Shown here piece by piece: positions 8,751 to 18,389 of a stretch of 64,000 bases of DNA. The DNA comes from a virus. The translations under genes were made by a program, and so were the position numbers. The stretch spans positions 32,001 through 96,000 of IMG/VR virus record IMGVR_UViG_3300037258_000352. One strand, 5' to 3'. Positions within the stretch are counted from its first letter, which is position 1, and every line of letters begins with the position of its first letter. The notes under the pieces were generated by a model, which saw only the letters and a program-made list of their open reading frames with translations, was not told where the DNA came from and did no database searches.

Positions 8751-9026
8751 TCAGAGCAGCGCCAGCACGATCACCAAACAACCCACCACCATCAACGACA
8801 CCGCGAACGTCGCCAGCATCGCCCGGTACTCCGCGCGCTTCACCGCGATCATCAGGTCCTCATCCGCTAACACCGTCGCCAACGCTGCGGGGCCCTGCTC
8901 CACGACACCAACCGATCCACCCATGGTCAGGAACTTGGCCATCAACTCCGCTGCCTCCCGAGCAGTCCCACACCCCACAGTGAGGGAGTCGGCCCCGTTT
9001 TTCGTTTCGACTGTGTAGCTCTTCAT
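8751..9026 (-). CDS. Hypothetical membrane-anchored protein
   Basis: GACACGGAGG leader; C-terminal TM. Confidence 0.55.
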   Translation of the reverse strand: MKSYTVETKNGADSLTVGCGTAREAAELMAKFLTMGGSVGVVEQGPAALATVLADEDLMIAVKRAEYRAMLATFAVSLMVVGCLVIVLALL

Positions 9027-9075
9027 GCTGATCAATCCCTCCGTGTCCTCGTTCCGCTGTGCCTTACATCCCGTA

Positions 9076-9103
9076 TAATCGCGAGGGCCGGCCCGGGTGT
9101 TAC
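9076..9103 (-). promoter_or_regulatory. ECF promoter variant GTAAC-N17-CGATTA
   Basis: Motif variant with conserved spacing. Confidence 0.55.
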
Positions 9104-9131
9104 ACCCTGACCGGCCCTGGATTCCCGACGC

Positions 9132-9638
9132 TCACACCGCTTCGGAGGGTAACCCCGGGCCAGCGTGTTCGGTGAGGTATTCCCGCCACGTCCAATCCAG
9201 TCGCCCGTTCCACAGACCGTCCTCGACGGTGGCGGTGGAGAACAACGCCGCCCGGCTCGCTGCGACCCGCCCGACCCGGAAGTAGGCGCCCTGCGGGTCG
9301 AACCCTTCCACTCGCAACGCCCGCCCCGCCGCTTCGAGCGCTAGCCACGCGTCCCGCAGCTCCGGGTACGCGATGGCGACCACCTCCCGCCGGCGGTCGA
9401 GCTCGACACTGCGGCGCGCGGACCGGAGGGCCTGCTCGGCTTGGGCGTAGGTCAGGGTCCATCCGGTAGCGGCTTTGACGTGGGACCGCCCGAGGGTCAT
9501 CACCCGACCGTCGGGGTTGACGACGTCGTAGAGGTGTTTCAGTGGCCGGCCGCAGTGGTCACACGACCCCTCGGTGTGCCGGATCCCCGTCAAATACCAA
9601 GCGCTGGACCCGATCTGCGCTGCTGCGGTGGGGCTCAT
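9132..9638 (-). CDS. Hypothetical protein with CxxC motif
   Basis: Leader motif and promoter upstream; CDHCGRPLK. Confidence 0.65.
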   Translation of the reverse strand: MSPTAAAQIGSSAWYLTGIRHTEGSCDHCGRPLKHLYDVVNPDGRVMTLGRSHVKAATGWTLTYAQAEQALRSARRSVELDRRREVVAIAYPELRDAWLALEAAGRALRVEGFDPQGAYFRVGRVAASRAALFSTATVEDGLWNGRLDWTWREYLTEHAGPGLPSEAV

Positions 9639-9686
9639 GTCGTCCTCCGTGTCTCCGGGCCGGTCCGCTCCGGCCCTCTGACCTGT

Positions 9687-9714
9687 CTATCGCCGCCCGG
9701 GCGCGGTTCGTTAC
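9687..9714 (-). promoter_or_regulatory. ECF promoter GTAAC-N17-CGATAG
   Basis: Motif; -35 overlaps TAA stop at 9711. Confidence 0.7.
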
Positions 9715-10061
9715 CGGTGCCTAAACCCCCGCTTCACCAGCGCGCTGGTAATCACCTGGTCCGTCTGGACGGCTTTCCGGGCCGCCGCCAGCGTCGGGTA
9801 AGGGCCCTGCTCAGGGTCGGTGGACCAGCAGATCCCCACCCACCACTGACCCTTACCTCCGGTCGCTACTCCGTCGGCGTCGCGTTTGGTGACGTACCCG
9901 CCGGTAGTGGACTCCGTCCCGGCCTGTAGCAACACCACCTCGTACAAGGGGTAGTCGGCCCGGGACACGCTGAACTCCCTCACCCGCAACCGCAGCGCGA
10001 CAGTGCGCGCCTTGCGGGTTTTCGTGGTGGACATGGCCTCTCCCTGGTCGTTGGTGGTCAC
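9711..10061 (-). CDS. Hypothetical protein
   Basis: ORF coupled to upstream gene, RBS present. Confidence 0.55.
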   Translation of the reverse strand: MTTNDQGEAMSTTKTRKARTVALRLRVREFSVSRADYPLYEVVLLQAGTESTTGGYVTKRDADGVATGGKGQWWVGICWSTDPEQGPYPTLAAARKAVQTDQVITSALVKRGFRHR

Positions 10062-10252
10062 GAGTTGCCGACGATGGTCACAGCGCCGGTGATGATCAGG
10101 GCCGCGACCACGACGAGTACCGCACCGGTCACACCGACGAAAGCGGCACCACCGACAGCAACCGTGACCGTGAGCCCAAGCAGGATCAAAATCACGGCCA
10201 TCGCGTGCCTCCTCCGTGTCTGGAGCGGGTCCGCACCCGCCCTACACACCTT

Positions 10253-10280
10253 GTATCGCTACCCGCCCCGCCGGTGTTAC
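10253..10280 (-). promoter_or_regulatory. ECF promoter GTAAC-N17-CGATAC
   Basis: Exact motif; -35 overlaps TAA stop at 10277. Confidence 0.75.
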
Positions 10281-11716
10281 AGCGCGCACTCCGCGACGAT
10301 GGTCCGCATCGCCACCGTGACCGCGAGCCTGAACGCGTCGAGCTCGAACCTCGATCCCTCGATGACAACGTCGCATCCACCGGGACCGATGAGGACCAGA
10401 CCCCACCCATCGTTGGCGATCCGCGACCCGTCGGGCAGCACCTCCCCCGGGTAAGCGACCCGCACCGGCGCCGTCGCCGGCAGCGACTCCACACGCTCAG
10501 CCATCACCAATCACTCCGATCCGGTTAGGGGCAGCACACCAGGCACGGTGGGTGCGAGGTCGCGCCGCAGTAGCACTCCGTTGGTGCGTCGTACTCGGGG
10601 GCGGGCCCGTGGTCGGGTGCCACTGGGCCGTGGCCCTTGCGGATCACGTTGCCCCGCCCGGGGTCCTCCCCGTCGCACAACTCCCGGTCACCACCGACGC
10701 CAGCGACGACCGCCCGCCATGGGGCCTGGGTCGCGATCCGTTCCACCCCGACCCGGCACCGTTGGCAAGACCCGAGCAGCGCGTCCCCCGCTGGGTCCGG
10801 TGCTGGCGTCGGTCGTTGCCGTGGGCGAGGTCTGCTAGCGACAACCGCCCGGGCGAGACCGATCACGCCGGCGTAGAACTCATCGGCCGGGCCCATCACG
10901 CGGTCGGATCACTGATCAGGCAGAGCGGGCAGTAATCCACACCGACCGGCACCGGTGTACCGCACCCGACGCAGTCGGCCAGCTTCACCCACAATCGACA
11001 TAGGTATCTCACGCCCTGCTCCCTCCTTTGTTGGGTCGGATCTCGAAACCGGACATGGCTAGCGCGTGGTGCAGTGCGACGACGTCCTCATCGAACATCA
11101 CCGGCCACGGGCACCCACCGAGATTGCACACCGTCATCCCGTATCGGCAGGCTCGGTGACCCGACCGGATTTGCTCCACAACCTGTCGCAGCGCGGTCAG
11201 GCCAGCGTCCCCGGACATCAGAGCCACCCGTTCGCGAATCCGACCAGGGCCAGTTCGCGGTGCATCTTCACGATGGGCTCGGCTGCGTGGTCGGGGAGGA
11301 TCCACTCCAAACCGGTGGGATCTACGGTCCGCCAGGATTCGGGGATCGCGTCGGCGACCTGCTCGAAATTGCGTAACCACACCTCGTGAGTGGTCATTTG
11401 CTTCCGTCCTCCGTGTCCCAGCCGGGTCCGTCGCCCGGCGCTCGCTACCTGCGTCATCCCCTGGGGAGGATCCGTGTCCTCTCGCGGTACTCATTGCAAA
11501 TCCCGATGATCTGAGCGTCGCTGAGGTGTTGGACCACGCCGTGATCGGTGACCAATCGCCCCGCCGACTGCAAGATCTGTCGCATGACAGCCGGGACCAC
11601 AACCCGAGCTTTCTTCCCTTCCAGCGTGCGGTAGGTGACGAGGTGCTCAACCTCAGTGTCCGTGGACATGGGGGCCTCCCTTGTCTCGGTGGCCCGGGTG
11701 GGGCCGCTCACTATCT

Positions 11717-11744
11717 GTATCGCCGCCCGGTGTGCGGGTGTTAC
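11717..11744 (-). promoter_or_regulatory. ECF promoter GTAAC-N17-CGATAC
   Basis: Exact motif; -35 overlaps TAA stop at 11741. Confidence 0.75.
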
Positions 11745-11944
11745 GCCGCCCACGCGAGCAGTCCCGCATACACTGCTTCCTCGACCAGTTCCGGGTCCGG
11801 GATGTGGCGGATGAACTCCCGCTTCGCGCCGTCGTCGTGTTTCCCACCCGACTCGACCCGGATCGACCCGTACCCCAACAGGCGTTGCACGTAGGTCTGC
11901 TCCACCGTCAAATCGGTGTGCTCGCCCCCTGCATCTCCAGCCAA
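11741..11944 (-). CDS. Bacterial PH-domain (bPH_2-like) protein fragment
   Basis: VEQTYVQRLLGYGSIRVESGG. Confidence 0.55.
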   Translation of the reverse strand: MAGDAGGEHTDLTVEQTYVQRLLGYGSIRVESGGKHDDGAKREFIRHIPDPELVEEAVYAGLLAWAA

Positions 11945-11971
11945 CTAGTCCACGTCGTCGTGCACACAACC

Positions 11972-12424
11972 TCACCTCCACCTGTTAGCGCGGTCGATGG
12001 ACGCACCAACAGCCTCATCAACCGTGGGGTAGATATGGATCCCACGACGGGTGGCCAGTTCCCGGAGATAGGCGCGGGCACGGTTTAAGTCCTTCAACTC
12101 GCGCCCTGTGATGGTCTGGCCGTCGATCACAGTTCCGTCGGTGATGTTGTGGATGACGAGCAGGGCGTCGTACGAGTTGACGGTGGCCACGAACTCGGTC
12201 GCCTCCAGCATCGACGCGATGGCCCGGGTCTGGTGGTCGATGACGAACAGCACCTCAACGGACGCGATCTTCGCGTCGGCTTCGGCCTTCACGAGTTCTG
12301 GGGACCAGTCCTCAACTTGAGGGTTGTAGTAGGACACCCCCGCTGCCTCTAGCAGGGGGATGGCGATGTCCGCGCGCCACGTGGTCGGGTTGCAGCTTCC
12401 GCCTAGGAACAGGTGTGGCCTCAT
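11972..12424 (-). CDS. Nucleoside 2-deoxyribosyltransferase-like protein
   Basis: FLGGSCNPTTWR..YYNPQV.DW..E; leader motif upstream of ATG 12424. Confidence 0.7.
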   Translation of the reverse strand: MRPHLFLGGSCNPTTWRADIAIPLLEAAGVSYYNPQVEDWSPELVKAEADAKIASVEVLFVIDHQTRAIASMLEATEFVATVNSYDALLVIHNITDGTVIDGQTITGRELKDLNRARAYLRELATRRGIHIYPTVDEAVGASIDRANRWR

Positions 12425-12469
12425 TCGTTTACTCCTCCGTGTCTGTGCTGGCCCGCACCAGCAACCCCC

Positions 12470-12540
12470 AGGGTAAACCTGGGTGGTCCCAGCGTCAACG
12501 CTTACAACCTGTGTATCGGCCGGGACCACCACCGCGTTAC
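12470..12540 (-). promoter_or_regulatory. Tandem promoter: ECF GTAAC-N17-CGATAC (12540-12513) followed by SigA TTGACG-N17-TACCCT (12498-12470)
   Basis: Both motifs present; near-copy at 20544-20613. Confidence 0.7.
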
Positions 12541-13267
12541 ACCCGCAGGTCCTCCCCAGGACACCGAGCCCGGAGACCCACCGGGTAATACCACCGGATC
12601 GTCGCGAAATCCTCCCCGGGAGCCAACAGTCCCAGGCGGGGTGTGTGACACCGGGCGCACCGCTGCTCGTACTCGGCGTGGTCACCCAACACCCCACGCG
12701 CCCCGGGTTCCCACACATGCCCACACATGCCCACCCAGGTCCGAGACAGCGACCGGGGTCGCCGGGGCCGAGGGTGGAGCGCCCACCGGCACGATCACAT
12801 AATCCGGATCGAGGGTCACCCCGTGGGTGTCGTAGGCACCGCACCGCAACGGCCGGCGGATCACGACGCCACCCGCCGGATCCGCACCACCACCGGCACG
12901 CCACCCGCACCGACCCGCCCTGCTCGTGGTGGACCTCGAAACTGTCATCCGGGAGCCGGCTCCACGCCCGCGCGGTGCTCCACCATCAACACATCCACCA
13001 CATGCCGAGTCAACCGCGGCGCGTACGGGTGCCCGTCATGCGGCGCGTCCCACGTCATCCACGGGATCCCCTGCTGCGCCTTCCCCAGGTCCGGGCGCAG
13101 CACGTGGGGGGCACCGCAAGTTCGGCATCCTGCGAGCCATTCCCACGGCACGTCCCCACCCAGCGTGAGGATCCCCACCTGGTGGGCGCTGCTTACCCCA
13201 CTCGCGGCGGCCGGGCCCACCGCAGGTTCTGGGGTTCCGTCACCCACCGGGTGACTACCACCTGTCG

Positions 13268-13762
13268 TCACGATCCCGGCGGCGTCCCCAAGAGCCGCAA
13301 CCCATCGACGTCGACGACGACCCGGACCCCCGGCGCCAACACCCCACCATTACGCGCGGCAGTCGCCGCCCCAGACGGCTCCAACCCCGCAGACACCAAG
13401 ACGTGCATCAACTGCGCCACCTCCACCTCACCAGCCGGCCACGACCGTCGACGACCCGACCCGCAACCAGGGTTCGCGGCCTGCAGGTAACCGCTCCGCG
13501 TCCAGTAGTCCAACGTCCGGTACGTCAACCCCGGGACCGCCTCCTGAATCTCCCGGTACGACACCGGGGCCTCCGTCACGACGGAGATGCACTTCTCGCA
13601 CCGCCGGCCGCGCCCGGTGTCCCGCCACGGCACCACCCGAGCTGGTTCCCCGCACAGGGTTTTCGCGCCGTCCACCGCGTGCGCGACAACGAATTCCGGG
13701 TCAGCGTGGCGACCTACCGTCTCCCGCCACACGACTGGTGTGTCCTCCCCTGGCCCGGGCAT
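13268..13762 (-). CDS. MerR-type HTH DNA-binding protein
   Basis: GLTYRTLDYWTRSGYL..GSGRRRSW. Confidence 0.7.
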   Translation of the reverse strand: MPGPGEDTPVVWRETVGRHADPEFVVAHAVDGAKTLCGEPARVVPWRDTGRGRRCEKCISVVTEAPVSYREIQEAVPGLTYRTLDYWTRSGYLQAANPGCGSGRRRSWPAGEVEVAQLMHVLVSAGLEPSGAATAARNGGVLAPGVRVVVDVDGLRLLGTPPGS

Positions 13763-14251
13763 CAGCGGGACCCCGCGAGGAGGTCCCCCGAGTCACCGGA
13801 ATGAGCTGGCCCACGCACCGGGGCGACTGGCTCATCCTTGGGTGGGTTCGGGCAGAACCCCGGCGTCGACCCACACGCCACCACCGGGCCCTCCCGCATC
13901 ACCGCCCCCGCAGCGCCACCCACAACCCCCACCGCGAACGCCAACACCAGCGACACCACAAACACCACAACCTGCCGGTTCACCGCCACCGCGGACCTCC
14001 TAACCGACTGAGCAAATCCACGAGGGGACCCACCTCAGTCACCGGTACCGATATTTGCCTCGTCGGATCCGAGTCAAGGTAAAACGACCAAGCGTCTCGT
14101 TCCGGGCTCCGGATCACGATCAGCGTCGATGGTGCCCCATCATGCCGCCGACCGGGTATCGCCACCCGAAGCTGCTCATTCTGCGGGACCTCCGCGTGCG
14201 GGCCAGGCAGGTCAACCAACTGCACGACACCTCCCCTATCGGAACGGACTG

Positions 14252-14494
14252 TCACCATCGGTGGGTGTCCGCTGTCCACCCGAAGAACCGGGATAAACGA
14301 CGCGGGTACCAACCTCGCCCACCACATTTACGGCACGCCCCCCGCACCACCACCCGGAAGATCAACGAAACCGCTTTCCGCCACCCAGCACCGTTGCACC
14401 GCAGGCACGCCTTTTCGGGACTTCGCCACGCGTTGTAGAGCATCGCCCCGGACCCACCGACAACGGCGACACCGGCCGCCTCAATCACGATCAT
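14252..14494 (-). CDS. Small membrane-anchored zinc-finger protein
   Basis: CLRCNGAG..CRKCGGRG. Confidence 0.55.
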   Translation of the reverse strand: MIVIEAAGVAVVGGSGAMLYNAWRSPEKACLRCNGAGWRKAVSLIFRVVVRGACRKCGGRGWYPRRLSRFFGWTADTHRW

Positions 14495-14523
14495 GTCCAC
14501 CGTGGACCTCCCGGGTCCCTCGT

Positions 14524-14690
14524 GTGTCACGGGCACCTCCCGTGACACCGTCACGGCTAGTCACGGGCCGTGTCACGGCGTCGTCACGCGGGTTTGTCAC
14601 GGGCTGTCACGCGTGACAAACCCGGTGACCTCACACCCACCGCCCGCACCGTCCCCCCCGACTGTCACGGCTGTCACAGGGCCCGTGTCA
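14524..14690. repeat. GTCAC(GG) repeat cluster, putative clt (cis-acting locus of transfer)
   Basis: About 9 direct GTCAC and 3 inverted GTGAC copies in about 165 bp downstream of the TraB-like gene. Confidence 0.7.
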
Positions 14691-15137
14691 TACCTTGCTC
14701 GCGGCCATACTCCTTCGCTGGTGCAACATCCGCGCACCGCGCTCCAGCCTATGGAAATTGCGCATCAACAGCGGGGTCACTTCCCGCCGAGCGGTACGTA
14801 AATCGCCCACACCGAACAGTCGCCTAAATTCGGACAGGTCATCACACCCGGAGTCGTCTCCCCATGACTGGGAGTACCTGACGTCGTAGCCGTGGACTTT
14901 GTGGAGCCACAGGGCGATGGCTTGGACCCCAGCGACGAGGACGAGCCCGTATTCGTGGGGTTTCGCGTCGCAGTCGTTCCCGGAGAGTTCCACTTTCCCT
15001 TCCGCGCCGCCGCGGATGGGTTGGACATGCGCTTTCCGGGTTCGGATTTTCAGTTCCGTCGCGGTCAACGCATGCCCAGCTTCGTGGATAGCGACACCCA
15101 TGAGCAGATCAATCTCACGGGGTGGGGTGGGGGTCAT
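14688..15137 (-). CDS. HExxH metallopeptidase-like (M41-like) protein
   Basis: VAIHEAGHA, AG..A, DD motif. Confidence 0.6.
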   Translation of the reverse strand: MTPTPPREIDLLMGVAIHEAGHALTATELKIRTRKAHVQPIRGGAEGKVELSGNDCDAKPHEYGLVLVAGVQAIALWLHKVHGYDVRYSQSWGDDSGCDDLSEFRRLFGVGDLRTARREVTPLLMRNFHRLERGARMLHQRRSMAASKV

Positions 15138-16579
15138 GCTGCTGCCTCATTCCCCCCGACCTGCGGGTTCCGCACCGGAATCCACCCACGGTCAGACTTC
15201 TCGATCCGACCGTCCTTGGCCATGTACTTATAGAGACTGGCCCTTGACCACCCGCAATCAGCGAGGAGGTTGATAAACGAGTTCGCTTCCAACCGGTCCG
15301 TGCCGCTGGCCAGGAACTCGGTGACTACTTCGGCGAGGACCTCCGCGAACTCCTCCGGGGTCAGACCGTCTTTCGGGGGGTCCCCGATCATCCGGGCGAC
15401 TGTGGGGTGGGTGGGGGCGTCCGGGTCAGCGAGTTCCGTGTCATCGTCAAGGTCGGATGCGTCGAGCTCGAAATCAACGTCTCCGTCGTCGTTGGTGACG
15501 ATGATCCGGTCTCCGACCAGGGCCAGTTCCGACTCCTCAAGCTCGGGGTCGTCGTCGTAGAGCTCCTCGAGCGCGGCGAGGTACTCCGCGTCGTCGGGAT
15601 CGAACCCATCGATTTCGTCGTCATCAGCGTCGACGTCTATGGGGGTCGGTGCGACGGCTTGCGCCGCAGCGACCAACGCCGACCCAGTCACAGGACCGGG
15701 GACGATCATCCCGTTCTGCTTGACTAGGTCCAACGGGGTGATGTGAGTGGTCCACAAGTCCCCCAGCGAATCTGCGGTGACCTGGCACATGTCCCCGAGG
15801 TTCGCGGCGACATACGCGGCAGCCGACGCGAACGTGTGCTCACCGACCCCATCGGACCACGACCGGTGGGTCATCAACTTCTCCCGGACCGTCATCCCGG
15901 GACCGACGAGGTAGTGCATCCCGGGGTCGTCGGCGCCCCACTGCGACGGTTTCGCGCCGGCGTTGACGACTTCCTCTGGGAGGGAGTACTGGTCGTATTC
16001 GGAGTCGGTGATGCCGTACGCGCGGTAGGACCCCATCTGGTTCCGGACGGTGGTGGGGATGTTGTCCCAGGTTGGTTGCTGGATGCTGTACGTGAGTTGC
16101 CCACCAGCGGACCGCAACGCGACCGCGAGCCCGACGATCTCCTTGGACTCGGCCAGTCTCCACGCCTCTTCGATGTGGATCCGCAGGAACCGCAGGCTCG
16201 ATGACGGGGCCCACTGCTTGAGACCTTCCCTCGAGAGGTGGCTGGTCCGCTCCGGCAGGGTGCGGTTGAGGAGTTGCCGCAGGAGCCGCTTCGCGCGACC
16301 GGGGTCGATCTCGTACATCTGCAGGCACCCAGCGACGTCTTGGTAGGACTGGATGCCTTTGACGGTGTCAATCAAAATCTGGTCGATGCGCATCGCACCG
16401 CAGGTCAGCAGGACCGGGAGTTCCCCCCACGTCTTCCCGGAGCCGGTGGTCCCGGAGATCAGGCAGTGGACCCCACCCTCGGGTCGAGCGATTCTGAACA
16501 GGCCGGTTTCCCCGTCGGAGCGGCGGCTGACGGGGATCCCGGAGAACGGGTTCGCGCCCTTGAGGAGCTTGATCTTCAT
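15134..16579 (-). CDS. TraB/FtsK-SpoIIIE-like DNA translocase motor with acidic linker and probable C-terminal wHTH
   Basis: GTTGSGKT Walker A, IHIEEA Walker B, RSAG, GAKPSQWG..PGMHYL; own AGGAG RBS. Confidence 0.8.
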   Translation of the reverse strand: MKIKLLKGANPFSGIPVSRRSDGETGLFRIARPEGGVHCLISGTTGSGKTWGELPVLLTCGAMRIDQILIDTVKGIQSYQDVAGCLQMYEIDPGRAKRLLRQLLNRTLPERTSHLSREGLKQWAPSSSLRFLRIHIEEAWRLAESKEIVGLAVALRSAGGQLTYSIQQPTWDNIPTTVRNQMGSYRAYGITDSEYDQYSLPEEVVNAGAKPSQWGADDPGMHYLVGPGMTVREKLMTHRSWSDGVGEHTFASAAAYVAANLGDMCQVTADSLGDLWTTHITPLDLVKQNGMIVPGPVTGSALVAAAQAVAPTPIDVDADDDEIDGFDPDDAEYLAALEELYDDDPELEESELALVGDRIIVTNDDGDVDFELDASDLDDDTELADPDAPTHPTVARMIGDPPKDGLTPEEFAEVLAEVVTEFLASGTDRLEANSFINLLADCGWSRASLYKYMAKDGRIEKSDRGWIPVRNPQVGGNEAAA

Positions 16580-16581
16580 GA

Positions 16582-17409
16582 CTACTTCACTCCTACGAGC
16601 AGACCGGGCCACGGTTGGGCATCTTCGATGGGGTTGAGGTGCATGACGGTGACGTCACAGATTTGGGCGTTGCGGGACTTCGGGCGGGCGTAGACCTTCA
16701 TTGATCCGGGGGGGAACCCGTGCGCGGACTCCACCGAAGCGATGTCCCGCTGGAACTCCAGCATCGTGTCCCCCGGGGCGAGCCGGAGTGTGCCTTCGCT
16801 GCGGAACTCCGACACCCGCCGCAACGCGAGGGACGCCCCGTCGTGGCCGGCCATCTTCATGGGGGTGTCGGGTGGGTTCTGGGCGGCGAGGATCTCCGCG
16901 AGCTCCGCGACCCGATGCCTAGCGTTGATCCTGGTGTTCCAGATCGCGGCCAACGCGGACCCACCAGCGAAGAACGTCGCGATGGTGAACCCGTGGGTGG
17001 AGAACACCCACCCCGGGTTACCGGTGGTGAAGGTGATGAACCCGGTGATGGTGCACAGCGACAGCCACGCCCCCCCGAACGCGGTGGTGGCTACCCCGTG
17101 CCAGCGGGCGGTCCCGGTGTGGGACCGTTGGGTTTGCCACACCGAGTACGTCATCCCGATCGTCGCGACCATGATCAGCGCCACGGTCCCCGCCCGGCTC
17201 CACGCGGTTTCAACGAACGCGTGGAGCACGGTCCCCGCTAGCCAGAACAAGCCGAGGACGACCCACGGGATGAAGTGGACGGCGTGGTCGTGCAACGCGT
17301 GCCCGACCACGCCTCCGGATCCGGTGCGGGCACCCGTCCCAGCGCTGGGACCGCGCGGAGGAGCCGGCGGGCGTGTCTGCCGGGTGCTCGACCTGAATCC
17401 CTTACCCAT
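16582..17409 (-). CDS. N-terminal membrane part of TraB-like translocase
   Basis: Four TM segments, then a soluble domain ending P..QPWPG as in actinomycete TraB N-termini. Confidence 0.65.
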   Translation of the reverse strand: MGKGFRSSTRQTRPPAPPRGPSAGTGARTGSGGVVGHALHDHAVHFIPWVVLGLFWLAGTVLHAFVETAWSRAGTVALIMVATIGMTYSVWQTQRSHTGTARWHGVATTAFGGAWLSLCTITGFITFTTGNPGWVFSTHGFTIATFFAGGSALAAIWNTRINARHRVAELAEILAAQNPPDTPMKMAGHDGASLALRRVSEFRSEGTLRLAPGDTMLEFQRDIASVESAHGFPPGSMKVYARPKSRNAQICDVTVMHLNPIEDAQPWPGLLVGVK

Positions 17410-17424
17410 TTCCGTTCCCCTGTC

Positions 17425-17817
17425 TTACGCGGCGTTACGCCGACGGTTGCCGCCGTTGTTCTGATTATTGTTCTGTCCACCCTGACCGTTGTTCTGGCCC
17501 TTCCGGGAACGGCTCGGGACGAACACGGCGCTGAGGATCCCTTCCGCGTTGCCCATCATTTTCGAGCAATGCGACATCAGCAACGCGGACCGGTGAAGGT
17601 CCCGAGCGATTCGAGCTGCCGCTTGCTCCTTCTCTTTCTGCGACATCAACGCCCCCCGCGACGGGGAATGAGCGAGACGCTTTTTAGCGACCCGGGAAAT
17701 GATTTGCATCTCCATTCCAGCGTTGAGGAACAAGTTAGCCATGTCGTGGATCCATGCGCGCATCGCACCGGGGTCACGCAATACTGCTTCGTCCGCTGTG
17801 CGCCTCGTGATACCCAT
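17425..17817 (-). CDS. Hypothetical transfer-module protein
   Basis: Position upstream of traB-like gene; N/Q-rich tail. Confidence 0.55.
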   Translation of the reverse strand: MGITRRTADEAVLRDPGAMRAWIHDMANLFLNAGMEMQIISRVAKKRLAHSPSRGALMSQKEKEQAAARIARDLHRSALLMSHCSKMMGNAEGILSAVFVPSRSRKGQNNGQGGQNNNQNNGGNRRRNAA

Positions 17818-17861
17818 TGCCTTTTACCCTCTCTCGATTTCCTTGGTGTGCCTGACTTCGA

Positions 17862-18365
17862 TCAGCCGTTGCAGCCGGCGCAATGGACGGGGATCCCCGC
17901 GCAACCCTTCCCGCTGCGGGACATGGCCAGCAGCATCACCAGCGCGAGGACAATCCCTAACCCGACTGTCCCCTCAGCGACCGCGGCGCCGTGGACCCCG
18001 AACCACGTTCCGATCCCGTGGATGATCCGGTAGAGCCCGTACATTCCCAGCGACGCGCTGCCGGCGATCAGGGCGTATTTCACGATCGGGCCGGCGGCGA
18101 TGACGTAGTCGATGGCTTCGACTTGGGATCCGTCGGGGATCCCGATGGGGATGGTGGGTGCGCCTGGGGTGACGAACACCCGGTAGGTGACCTGCCCCGG
18201 GGTGACCGGGGTGAGTTGCTCCGGGGTGCGGACCGCGACACCCATCTCCTGGTACCGGCCCGCCGTGTACATCACGTCAGCGAGGTAGCCGTTCAGGACC
18301 CGTTCCTCGATCTGGGTGATCGTGGTGGTCGGGTGGGTGGTGGGGATGAGCTGGGTGGGTGACAT
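17862..18365 (-). CDS. Membrane protein with C-terminal C..HC..C motif (Spd-like)
   Basis: Two TM segments, CAGIPVHCAGC. Confidence 0.55.
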   Translation of the reverse strand: MSPTQLIPTTHPTTTITQIEERVLNGYLADVMYTAGRYQEMGVAVRTPEQLTPVTPGQVTYRVFVTPGAPTIPIGIPDGSQVEAIDYVIAAGPIVKYALIAGSASLGMYGLYRIIHGIGTWFGVHGAAVAEGTVGLGIVLALVMLLAMSRSGKGCAGIPVHCAGCNG

Positions 18366-18389
18366 GGCGGGGTCTCCGGGGTGGGTGGG

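Noticed and set aside
12711-12734. CCACACATGC tandem repeat
   Set aside because: Only about two copies and no supporting context
12483-13490. Long antisense or alternative-frame ORFs (also 22700-23689, 17275-18033, 47233-48141, 52130-52924)
   Set aside because: Arg/Pro-rich shadow ORFs expected at high GC, overlapping better-supported genes
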